32,344 nucleotides of DNA, taken from positions 1 to 32,344 of the forward strand of contig JBEPZZ010000018.1 in assembly GCA_041640575.1 (NCBI GenBank). The letters run 5' to 3'. Shown here piece after piece: positions 10,096 to 18,367 of this stretch. The stretch's first letter is position 1. The number at the start of each line of letters is the position of its first letter. Under the pieces are notes generated by a model. The model saw only the letters and a program-made list of their open reading frames with translations. It searched no databases and was not told the origin of the DNA. Source of the DNA: Pseudothermotoga sp. (GTDB lineage Bacteria; Thermotogota; Thermotogae; Thermotogales; DSM-5069). A program made the position numbers and the translations under genes.

Positions 10096-10124
10096 TTTAT
10101 ACCACATTAGTAGCAAATGAGCAA
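10096..10124 (-). promoter_or_regulatory. Sigma70-type promoter for tRNA-Ser/rimP-nusA
   Basis: On the - strand: TTGCTC-17 bp-TATAAA, with a TG extended -10, about 45 bp upstream of the tRNA. Confidence 0.55.
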
Positions 10125-10288
10125 GACCAGAGTGGATAAAACAGTGTCTATGTGTGGTTTAACAAAACATAGGGTATGACGAACTACATATTTTTGATAT
10201 GATAGTTTAAAATAATTATACTAAAACTTGATTTTTGTAAAGTATAATATGGTATATTCCAAGTGAAGGTTGTAATGGGGGTGGTTTC

Positions 10289-11545
10289 GTGTCAGGCGTG
10301 AAGTTCAGCAGGAGAAACTTGTGGTTATTCGTCAGTGGCAGATTTGAATCTCTTTTGGGATGGGCTGCGTTGATGATTGCTTTGCCGTTGTATGTTCTTG
10401 ACCTAACAGGTTCTGGTACTATGATGGGAATTTTCGCACTTGTTGGAAACCTACCGAGGTTTTTCGTTCTTCCTTTTGCTGGTGTTATTGGTGATAAGTT
10501 TAACAGAAAACATTTGATGGTTTATCTTGATTTAGCAAAAGCAAGTGCGCTGATAATTGCTTACATTTTTGCAATAACCAATCTGTTAACCTTGCCGATT
10601 TTACTTGCTTTTTATGCGATCTTTGGAATTATAAGTGCTCTTTTTGACGCACCAACTTCTGCTATGCTTGCCGATTTGGTCGAACCTGAAGGTCTGAGAA
10701 AAGCAGCATCTTTAAATTCGGCAGCTAATTCAATTGCTCAAATAATTGGCCCTGTTGCTGGTGGTTTGATTTATGGTACAGCCGGGATAAAGAATGTCTT
10801 GCTTTTCACAGGATTTTTCTATCTCCTTTCGGCTTTAAGTGAAATTTTCATTCGATATGAATACAAAAAATCGGATGGTAAAATCAAGGTCTTGAGAGAA
10901 ATTGCATCTGGTCTCAAATTCCTCGCCGGGCATAGAGGCTTGAAATTCCTTTTTTCTTTTGCGGCTATAATAAATTTCGTGGCTGCACCTTTGTTTGCAG
11001 TCGTTTTTCCATATTTGTTCAGACAAGAACTTGGTTTTTCAGCACAACAATTTGGTTTACTTGAAACAGTATTCATGCTTGGAACACTTATCGGAAGCAC
11101 TCTAGTTGGTACCATCTTTTCAGGATCAAGTTCCAAGAAATTAGTTGTTTCTGGTTTGATCCTTCAATCTTTACTTGGCTGTATTATGTCAATAGTGCTT
11201 TGGCAAATGAGATCTAGTGGCATAAGTTTAGTTCTGGCAGTTTCATATTCCTCTCTTCTTCTCATGGGAATCCTGAACATGATGATAAACATTCCAATCG
11301 GTGCGAACCTGCAGATGCTTATTCCATCAGAATTGAGATCGAGAGTATTGTCGATCTTAAGCTTGATCTCAAGTGGTTTGACCCCGGTGGGATCATTAAT
11401 TGGAGGTGTTCTGATAGATAGGGTGAATCCGTTCTTGTTTCTTGTTTTGCTTAATTTGATAATGTTTGTCATTTCATTGGTTTTTGTTTTTGTTGCGCCA
11501 AGTGAATCTTTTTTAGCACCAAAGGTTCATGAAACGGTCAATTGA
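10289..11545 (+). CDS. MFS transporter (macrolide-efflux/DHA3-like)
   Basis: About 12 TM segments, motif A GVIGDKFNRK, and IIGPVAGGLI. GTG start after GGGGGTGG. Confidence 0.88.
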   Translation: MSGVKFSRRNLWLFVSGRFESLLGWAALMIALPLYVLDLTGSGTMMGIFALVGNLPRFFVLPFAGVIGDKFNRKHLMVYLDLAKASALIIAYIFAITNLLTLPILLAFYAIFGIISALFDAPTSAMLADLVEPEGLRKAASLNSAANSIAQIIGPVAGGLIYGTAGIKNVLLFTGFFYLLSALSEIFIRYEYKKSDGKIKVLREIASGLKFLAGHRGLKFLFSFAAIINFVAAPLFAVVFPYLFRQELGFSAQQFGLLETVFMLGTLIGSTLVGTIFSGSSSKKLVVSGLILQSLLGCIMSIVLWQMRSSGISLVLAVSYSSLLLMGILNMMINIPIGANLQMLIPSELRSRVLSILSLISSGLTPVGSLIGGVLIDRVNPFLFLVLLNLIMFVISLVFVFVAPSESFLAPKVHETVN

Positions 11546-11582
11546 ACTAAAGAAATTGTACAATATTTCTGAGGTGATCACT

Positions 11583-12467
11583 ATGAGGACTAACAAAGAC
11601 AAGCTTGTCATGATCTCTATTCAAGGTGGAATTGTAAAACCTGAACACTCAGGAAGACATTCTGTTGCACATGATGGCACACCGTTTATGCTACCAGGTA
11701 CAGGGGGGATTACTTACAACGTTAGAGTTGGAGATCCTGTCTTCGGCTGGGCTGCCGATCATGTTGAACCAGGGGTTTCGACGATTTTAGATCAGGAAAA
11801 AAGAGAGTCGCCAACCAATCGTGGTTATAACTTTTACGCATGTATTGGAAATGAAGCAAGAGTTATCACAGGAGATGCAAAAGGTGCAAAAGGTGTAGTG
11901 ACAGGTCATCATGGTGGAGCAGAGCACGTATTAATCGATTTCGCTGAAGAGGTTTTGGAGAAACTCACGCTTGACGACAAGATTCTTATAAAAGCCTTTG
12001 GACAGGGGTTAAAGTTGCTTGATTATCCAGATGTACATGTTTATAACATTGATCCAAATCTTTTGGAAAAACTTGGGATAGTAGAAAAAGGTGGAGAATT
12101 ACATGTTCCAGTTGTTGCAGTTATACCGTCGTTTTTAATGGGTTCAGGCATAGGTTCTACAAGTATGGGAACTGGTGATTATGACATAATGACTGCTGAT
12201 GAAGTAACAGTGAAGGATCTTGGCCTGGACAAACTTCGTTTTGGTGATATAGTTTATATTCAAGATCATGATAACATTTTTGGAAGGTGTTATAGAAAAG
12301 GTGCTGCAACAATTGGTGTGATAATTCATAGCGATTGTAAATACGCTGGGCATGGACCTGGTGTGACAACATTTATGAGTTGTGCCAAACCAATTCTAAA
12401 GCCAATGATTTCTTCTGATGCTAACATAGCAAAGATCCTTAAGATTGGGAGATTTGAAGAAAAATAA
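11583..12467 (+). CDS. DUF4438-family (TM1086-like) protein of unknown function
   Basis: Motifs LPGTGGITYNVRVGD, DHVEPGVS, ACIGNEA, GHHGGAEH, GDYDI and HSDC..GHGPGVT; family recognised from recall. Start refined to ATG 11583 after GAGGTGA (ORF track 11529). Confidence 0.78.
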   Translation: MRTNKDKLVMISIQGGIVKPEHSGRHSVAHDGTPFMLPGTGGITYNVRVGDPVFGWAADHVEPGVSTILDQEKRESPTNRGYNFYACIGNEARVITGDAKGAKGVVTGHHGGAEHVLIDFAEEVLEKLTLDDKILIKAFGQGLKLLDYPDVHVYNIDPNLLEKLGIVEKGGELHVPVVAVIPSFLMGSGIGSTSMGTGDYDIMTADEVTVKDLGLDKLRFGDIVYIQDHDNIFGRCYRKGAATIGVIIHSDCKYAGHGPGVTTFMSCAKPILKPMISSDANIAKILKIGRFEEK

Positions 12468-12493
12468 AAAAACCCCCACGATTTGGTGGGGGG
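12466..12493 (-). terminator. Intrinsic terminator between convergent genes (possibly bidirectional)
   Basis: Stem CCCCCAC-gatttg-GTGGGGG preceded by a 7-A run (a U-tract on the - strand). Confidence 0.7.
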
Positions 12494-12500
12494 CTTCTCA

Positions 12501-13085
12501 TCAAAAACGATAGTTAAATGTGAGATTTATGGGAATTATCATAGACTGAGCTACTACATTTCTAGTTGTAATGTATAAGTCGTAGAATCTCACACCACCA
12601 CCAGCACTTATTGAAAAATAATCTGTAAGCACTTTTGCGAATTCAACAGAAGCAAAGTAAATTCTACCCTCAAAAAACCCTTCACCTGCTAAACCAATTG
12701 CCGAAAGGTTGGTAGTTGGCCCCAGTATGACAAAGAGTAATCCTCCTGAAACTCTGACAACAGACTCAACTTGGGGGAGATCAAAGCTAAAAGCCGTTGA
12801 TAAACCAACACCAAAAGCTGTAGAGTACAGAGAGCCGAAGTCAGTTTGCAAGGCAAGATTATCAAAGCTGGTAACTGCTCCTATCCTCAATCCTGTTTCA
12901 AGTCCATATTCTAGTGTCGCATAACCACCATAAGCGGTCCCAAACTTGATAGGTTTTTCACCTTCAGCAATAACTCTGTTGTAAACCGAAGAACCAAAAA
13001 AATTTGTAGCTGAAAAATATCCAAAAGTAGATGCAAAGACTTGGCTGGATATAATTATTATTGTTAGAAAGAGAATACCTTTCAC
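12501..13085 (-). CDS. Putative small outer-membrane beta-barrel protein
   Basis: Signal peptide MKGILFLTIIIISSQVFA, Gly/aromatic-rich alternating strands and C-terminal INLTFNYRF. Start refined to GTG 13085 after GGGGGA. Confidence 0.6.
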   Translation of the reverse strand: MKGILFLTIIIISSQVFASTFGYFSATNFFGSSVYNRVIAEGEKPIKFGTAYGGYATLEYGLETGLRIGAVTSFDNLALQTDFGSLYSTAFGVGLSTAFSFDLPQVESVVRVSGGLLFVILGPTTNLSAIGLAGEGFFEGRIYFASVEFAKVLTDYFSISAGGGVRFYDLYITTRNVVAQSMIIPINLTFNYRF

Positions 13086-13115
13086 CTTTGTTCCCCCTTT
13101 CACTTAATGAAGGAT

Positions 13116-13979
13116 TTAGTAAAGTTTATTCAGAATATCGCATGCAAGCGAAACATTGTTCTTCAAGAGAGCAATGTTCGATTGAATCGTTTTCCCCTCA
13201 GAATACTCTGCCACTTTTGCCAGCAGAAATGGTGTCACTTCTTTACCCGTTTTCCTTGAATTTTTCAAATCCAATATAGCTTTCTCTTCCCATTTTTTTA
13301 AGTCTTCGTCATCTATTTTGTATTGCTCTGGAATCGGGTTGAAAACCAAAACGGAACCAGGTAGATCAAATTTCTCCTTTGTCTTGAAAATCGACACTAC
13401 TTCGTCCACATCATCCACTCTTTTGATATCTATATCAACGGCTTTCGCGTAGAATGCCGGCAGTTTGTCCGTTCGAAAACCTAGAACCGTAACCTCAAGA
13501 GTTTCAAGCATTTCAACAGTAGCTTTCAGATCCAATATTGATTTTGGCCCGGCACTGATGACAATCATTCTTGTTCTAGACAATTCAACTAGATCTTGGG
13601 ATACATCCCATTTCTCAATACTGTGAACACCACCTATTCCACCAGTTGCAAAAACCTTTATACCATAGCTCGAAGCAATTCTCATTGTTGCACTCACTGT
13701 GGTTGCACCCCAGAGTTTCTTGACTAAAACGTATGGGACTTCTGCCACACCAACTTTCAAAACATCCTGTCTCGTTCCAATCTGCCGGATTTCTTCCTCG
13801 CTTAAACCGACTTTTATTATTCCGTCAACTATGCCAATCGTTTTCGGGTTGCATCCTTTGTCACGAGCAAGTTTTTCGAGTTCCAGTGCAACTTGAACAT
13901 TAAATGGTTTTGGTAATCCATGAGCTATAACGGTTGATTCTAAAGCCAAGGTTTTTTCCACTTTTTCACCATCCTTCAT
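13116..13979 (-). CDS. psuG: Pseudouridine-5'-phosphate glycosidase (IndA/PsuG family)
   Basis: Motifs ALESTVIAHGLP, GATTVSATM, FATGGIGGVH, DVSQDL, KSILD, GKEVTPFLL and NIALLKNN. Confidence 0.93.
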   Translation of the reverse strand: MKDGEKVEKTLALESTVIAHGLPKPFNVQVALELEKLARDKGCNPKTIGIVDGIIKVGLSEEEIRQIGTRQDVLKVGVAEVPYVLVKKLWGATTVSATMRIASSYGIKVFATGGIGGVHSIEKWDVSQDLVELSRTRMIVISAGPKSILDLKATVEMLETLEVTVLGFRTDKLPAFYAKAVDIDIKRVDDVDEVVSIFKTKEKFDLPGSVLVFNPIPEQYKIDDEDLKKWEEKAILDLKNSRKTGKEVTPFLLAKVAEYSEGKTIQSNIALLKNNVSLACDILNKLY

Positions 13980-14466
13980 AGTGAATTCTCTCAGGTTTGA
14001 ATTTTTCAGTTGGTCTTGGCTGTTCTGCAGGATAGCCTATTGCTACAATCGAGAATGGAATTATGTTTTTTGGGAGGTTAAAAAGTTTCTTCAGGGCGTC
14101 GACTCTTTCCTCGTCAGGATACACACCACACCAGACGCTTCCAAGCCCAAGTTCGGTGGCTCTTATGAGAATATTTTCCGTAGCAGCCGAGCAATCCTGC
14201 GGCCAAAACTTTTCGGATTTCAGAAGAGATAATTCACAGCAAACAATTATACATACAGGTGATTCAGAAACCATTCTTGCATAAGGATGCACTTCGGCTA
14301 TCTTCTGCCTTTTAAGTTTATCCCTTATCACTATAAAATGCCAAGCTTGCTGATTCCATGCCGAAGGAGCACACATCGCAGCTTTCAAGAGCTCTAAGAT
14401 CTTTTCGGGTTCGACTTCTCTTTCTTGATATTTGCGAATGCTTCGCCTCTGGCAAATGAAGCTCAT
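13966..14466 (-). CDS. Nitroreductase family protein
   Basis: Motifs RRSIRKY, APSAWNQQAWHF, QDCSAATENIL, LGLGSVWCG and IGYPAE. Confidence 0.93.
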   Translation of the reverse strand: MSFICQRRSIRKYQEREVEPEKILELLKAAMCAPSAWNQQAWHFIVIRDKLKRQKIAEVHPYARMVSESPVCIIVCCELSLLKSEKFWPQDCSAATENILIRATELGLGSVWCGVYPDEERVDALKKLFNLPKNIIPFSIVAIGYPAEQPRPTEKFKPERIHYEGW

Positions 14467-14598
14467 TCGATTCCCCCCGAGTTTTATTTTACACGACTCG
14501 GCTGAGAATTTTTTTTACAAGCAAAAAAAGCAAAGCGTTCGCAATGTTCTAAAGTTTCGAACCATCGGAATAATCACTTTTTTCAAAAGTTTCCTGCT

Positions 14599-15996
14599 TC
14601 ACTTTATTAGCCCAAGTAATTTTGGTACGGCCATAGTTATGGCTGGGACGAAGGTTATCAAGAAAAGTGAACCAATCATAGCAATGTAGAGCGGTATCAT
14701 AGCTATCGCAGTTTTCTCTATGGTTGTTTTTCCAACCGCGCAGCCGGTGAATAAGGCATTTCCAACGGGAGGTGTACAAAGCCCTATTCCAAGATTTATC
14801 ATCATGATTATTCCAAATTGTTCTGCGGAGACGCCCATACTACGTACAAGTGGTAGGAGAATTGGTGTCATGATAACTATTAACGGTGCCATATCCATCA
14901 CAAGTCCAAGAATCAGAAGTAGTACATTTACCATCAGAAGTACTGTGAGTTTACTGGTGCTCACCGAAAGAATAGCGCGAGCCAAATAAGTCGGTATCTG
15001 AAGGTACGCCATGATATAGCTAAATGCCGTAGCATTTGCTATCAAGAACAAAACCATGGCTGCTGTTCGAGCTGATTCCTTAAAGATGTTTGTCAGAATC
15101 TTCCAGGATCTACCTTGCTTGTGAAAAACTAAGCCAAGAATCAGAGAAAGAACAGCACCAAAAGCCGAAGCTTCAGCTGCCGTAAACCATCCAAATATGA
15201 TCCCGCCAGCTGTGATCAAACCAACAAGCAAAACAGGTATGGATCTTGCAAGAATCCCAGGTATTTTTTCCTTGGGAACTGGTTCACCTCTAGGAAAGTT
15301 TTTCAATCTAGCGAGTATGAAGATCACAGCCATTTGACTCAGTCCAAGAATTATTCCAGGCAAATAACCGGCTGCGAAAAGTGTTCCTACCGAAACTCCT
15401 CCGGCTGCCATCGCATAAATAATCATGTTTTGACTAGGTGGGATTATTATTCCTTGTATTGAGGTGGTAACGGTCAGCGCTGTTGAGAACTCTTTCGAAT
15501 ACCCTTGTCTTTCCATCATTGGAATTTCAACAACACCTAAAGACGCCACATCCGCGACAGCTGATCCTGAGATTCCGCCAAAGAGCATGCTCGCGAGTAC
15601 GTTGACATAAGCAAGACCACCTTTAAACCTCCCAACAACAAGGTTTGATAGCTGAATCAAATCATCGGTTAAACCGGTATAGTTAACAGCTTGACCAAGG
15701 AGAATAAAGAAAGCTATTGAAGCGAAGGCAAAAGAATTTATACCAAAGATTACTCTTTGGTAAACAGCTGTAACTGGTATTCCAAGATAAAGTGTCGTGA
15801 AAACTGCAGACAACCCTATTGCTATTGAAATTGGCATTCCAATTAGGATAAAAAGACCTAGGCTAAGCCATAAAAACAATATTTGTTGAGCTTGTTTTGA
15901 CATAAGGTAGTTGTAAAAGGGAATTTCCATCCACAGAGTTACAAGAACAAATACAAGAAAGATTATTACGATAATCTTCACCATATTCGTCTTCAT
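14599..15996 (-). CDS. dctM: TRAP transporter large permease DctM
   Basis: Motifs GGLAYVNVLASMLFGGISGSAVAD, IIPPSQNMIIY, AEASA and GLCTPPVG. Confidence 0.93.
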   Translation of the reverse strand: MKTNMVKIIVIIFLVFVLVTLWMEIPFYNYLMSKQAQQILFLWLSLGLFILIGMPISIAIGLSAVFTTLYLGIPVTAVYQRVIFGINSFAFASIAFFILLGQAVNYTGLTDDLIQLSNLVVGRFKGGLAYVNVLASMLFGGISGSAVADVASLGVVEIPMMERQGYSKEFSTALTVTTSIQGIIIPPSQNMIIYAMAAGGVSVGTLFAAGYLPGIILGLSQMAVIFILARLKNFPRGEPVPKEKIPGILARSIPVLLVGLITAGGIIFGWFTAAEASAFGAVLSLILGLVFHKQGRSWKILTNIFKESARTAAMVLFLIANATAFSYIMAYLQIPTYLARAILSVSTSKLTVLLMVNVLLLILGLVMDMAPLIVIMTPILLPLVRSMGVSAEQFGIIMMINLGIGLCTPPVGNALFTGCAVGKTTIEKTAIAMIPLYIAMIGSLFLITFVPAITMAVPKLLGLIK

Positions 15997-16469
15997 TTTT
16001 TAAACCACCTCAATATGGTTTTGGTTGCTTTTTCAACAGAAAAAACAATCAGAAGAAACCCACAAACGACACCGGAATAATACATCCATCCGTAGTGAAG
16101 CCTTAGAATGGACATTCTTCCAGGTAATTTTGCCATAAATAAATTGCCTCTCACTGTTACTAACGCATAATAGATTATCAAAGCATCTGTAAATAAGCTT
16201 ATCAGGTCTTTTGCGAATCTTGGCATTGTTGCTATGAAGAATTCCACACGAATATGAAGATTGTCTCTAACGCCAACAGCACTGTTTGTCATTGTAAGCC
16301 ATAACATGATAACAAGCAAAAGCTCGAGAGACCAGGAAATCGGCTTTAAGAGAATATCGCGAAAGAACAGATCCAAGATCGCAATCAATAGCATCGTAAA
16401 TAAGGCAGCCGTTCCAAACCATTTTACAGAATGGTCTAACCAATCAAGAATTTTCCTAATTGCGCGCAT
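15993..16469 (-). CDS. dctQ: TRAP transporter small permease DctQ
   Basis: Four TM segments, SWSLEL and HIRVEFF motifs; ATGA overlap with dctM. Confidence 0.88.
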   Translation of the reverse strand: MRAIRKILDWLDHSVKWFGTAALFTMLLIAILDLFFRDILLKPISWSLELLLVIMLWLTMTNSAVGVRDNLHIRVEFFIATMPRFAKDLISLFTDALIIYYALVTVRGNLFMAKLPGRMSILRLHYGWMYYSGVVCGFLLIVFSVEKATKTILRWFKK

Positions 16470-16667
16470 AAATTTCTCCCACCTCTCGAGTCCAAGCTTT
16501 TATACAAGTGTTTGTGTCCAAAACTCTAAGTTAACTTATCACTTCTTTGCTTGTTAGCAGTTCCTGCTAGATATGAATAGTCTTTTAAAATTCTTAAATT
16601 ACTGACATTTAAGTTCTTTGTACTCTTGCAATCACGTAAAATTTCTCTCTTAAATCTAGGATCTTCT

Positions 16668-18125
16668 TCAAAGATCCCACCATGTTCTTTGATCTCTTTT
16701 CAAAAGTTCATCTGCTTCCTTTGGCCCCCAAGTTCCTGGTTGGTAATTTGGAAAATCAGGGATTTTGTTTGCCCATGCTTCAGCAATGGCATCTACGAAT
16801 TTCCATGAATATTCGACTTCATCCCAACGCGTGAACAACGTAGAATCTCCTTTCATTACATCAAGAAGAAGTTTTTCATATGCTTCTGGAGAGTTATTGG
16901 ATATTTCGCATTTCTGGCAAAAATCCATGCTGACAGGTTCGATAATCATCCCAGCCGAACCAGGTATCTTGGCATTGAATTGGAGCTTTACACCTTCCTC
17001 CGGTTGTATCTTTATTATAAGAAGATTCGGGAGCAAATTCTTGTATTCCTTGAAATACAGGATACCTGGTAGTGGCTTGAACTGAATGATTATTTGTGTG
17101 GATTTTTTCGGCATCTTTTTCCCAGTTCTTAAGTAAAATGGAACTCCTGCCCATCTGAAATTTTCTATTTGCACCTTAAGTGCCACAAACGTTTCCGTGT
17201 TAGAATTTGGAGAAACCTTCTCCTCATTTCTGTATCCCACATATTGTCCCCTGACTACGTTTTTCTCAACACTCTCAGGTGTCATGATCTCTAAAGATTT
17301 TAAAACTTTCACTTTTTCGTCTCTTATGGATTCTGTATCTAAGCTTGCAGGTGGTTCCATTGCCGTAAGCATTAAAAGCTGCATCATGTGGTTCTGAACC
17401 ATGTCTCTCAAAGCTCCTGCCTTTTCGTAATATCCTCCCCTGTTTTCTATGCCGATCGTTTCAACAGCAGAAATCTGAACGTTGTCTATGTATTTTCTGT
17501 TCCAAATTGGTTCGAAAAACACGTTTGCAAATCTTATAACCATGATATTCTGTAGCATTTCTTTGCCAAGATAGTGGTCGATTCTGTAAGTATTTCTCTC
17601 CGTGAAAACGTCGGTTATAACTTTGTTCAACTTTCGAGCTGATTCCAAATTTTCTCCAAAGGGTTTTTCTATAACAACTCTTTGCCACGATGTTTGATTA
17701 CTTGCCATGGCATGTTTGTAAAGTTTCTCCACGATAACTGCAAAATATTCGGGTGCAACGGCAAGATAGTATATTCTATTTCCCTGAGTACCATACTTTT
17801 TGTCCAACTCATTCAAAAATTGTTGCAGCTCTACATATCCGTTGTCGGAGGTAAAATCAAATCTCTTGTAAAATATCCTACTACTCAAGTTTCCCCAAAT
17901 ATCCTCGCTAAAATTGAATCGCGAGTAGGTTTTGACGAATTCTGACATCTCTTTTCTGTACTCTTCATTTGTTTTATTTTTTCTACCTATAGCCACCAAA
18001 GCAAAGTTTTCAGGCAAAGTGTTTTGATATTTTAAATTGTAAAGAGCCGGTATCAATTTTCTGCGAGTTAAGTCTCCTGTTCCACCAAATATAACCATCA
18101 AATTTGAAAACTTTTTATCTTCCAC
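16668..18125 (-). CDS. zwf: Glucose-6-phosphate 1-dehydrogenase
   Basis: Motifs GGTGDL, EKPFG, RIDHYLGKE, RDMVQNH, WAGVPFYLRTGK and EAYEKLLLD. Start refined to GTG 18125 after GAGGTGA (ORF track 18134). Confidence 0.97.
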   Translation of the reverse strand: MEDKKFSNLMVIFGGTGDLTRRKLIPALYNLKYQNTLPENFALVAIGRKNKTNEEYRKEMSEFVKTYSRFNFSEDIWGNLSSRIFYKRFDFTSDNGYVELQQFLNELDKKYGTQGNRIYYLAVAPEYFAVIVEKLYKHAMASNQTSWQRVVIEKPFGENLESARKLNKVITDVFTERNTYRIDHYLGKEMLQNIMVIRFANVFFEPIWNRKYIDNVQISAVETIGIENRGGYYEKAGALRDMVQNHMMQLLMLTAMEPPASLDTESIRDEKVKVLKSLEIMTPESVEKNVVRGQYVGYRNEEKVSPNSNTETFVALKVQIENFRWAGVPFYLRTGKKMPKKSTQIIIQFKPLPGILYFKEYKNLLPNLLIIKIQPEEGVKLQFNAKIPGSAGMIIEPVSMDFCQKCEISNNSPEAYEKLLLDVMKGDSTLFTRWDEVEYSWKFVDAIAEAWANKIPDFPNYQPGTWGPKEADELLKRDQRTWWDL

Positions 18126-18227
18126 GTTTATCACCTCATGTTCAGCTGCTTTATCGAGAAGTTAGACTCGTTCTTTGTAGGTATGAACAATGCTTTGTAA
18201 TCTTGCTTTTATAGTATCTTTTAATAT

Positions 18228-18256
18228 ATTGTACACACCGCTCGCGGGTGGTACAA
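18228..18256 (-). promoter_or_regulatory. Candidate zwf promoter embedded in an inverted repeat
   Basis: On the - strand: TTGTAC-17 bp-TACAAT. The same stretch is the dyad TTGTAC-a-CACC-gctcgcg-GGTG-GTACAA. Confidence 0.5.
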
Positions 18257-18367
18257 ATTTCAAGTGTGACTGGGGAAAAGCATATGAAATTAGCATACAG
18301 TACATTGTTTGTTACTTCATTGGAGTAGAATCAAAAGAGATTGGCTATGTTCGTGGTAGTCAAAATT

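Noticed and set aside
9962..12467. tRNA-Ser as the integration site of a genomic island containing MFS/DUF4438
   Set aside because: The tRNA 3' end faces the core gene rimP, and no integrase or duplicated tRNA 3' fragment was seen.
16470..16667. Possible pseudogene fragment between zwf and dctQ
   Set aside because: The short open stretch on the - strand has no start, SD or recognisable motif, so it cannot be supported without a search.
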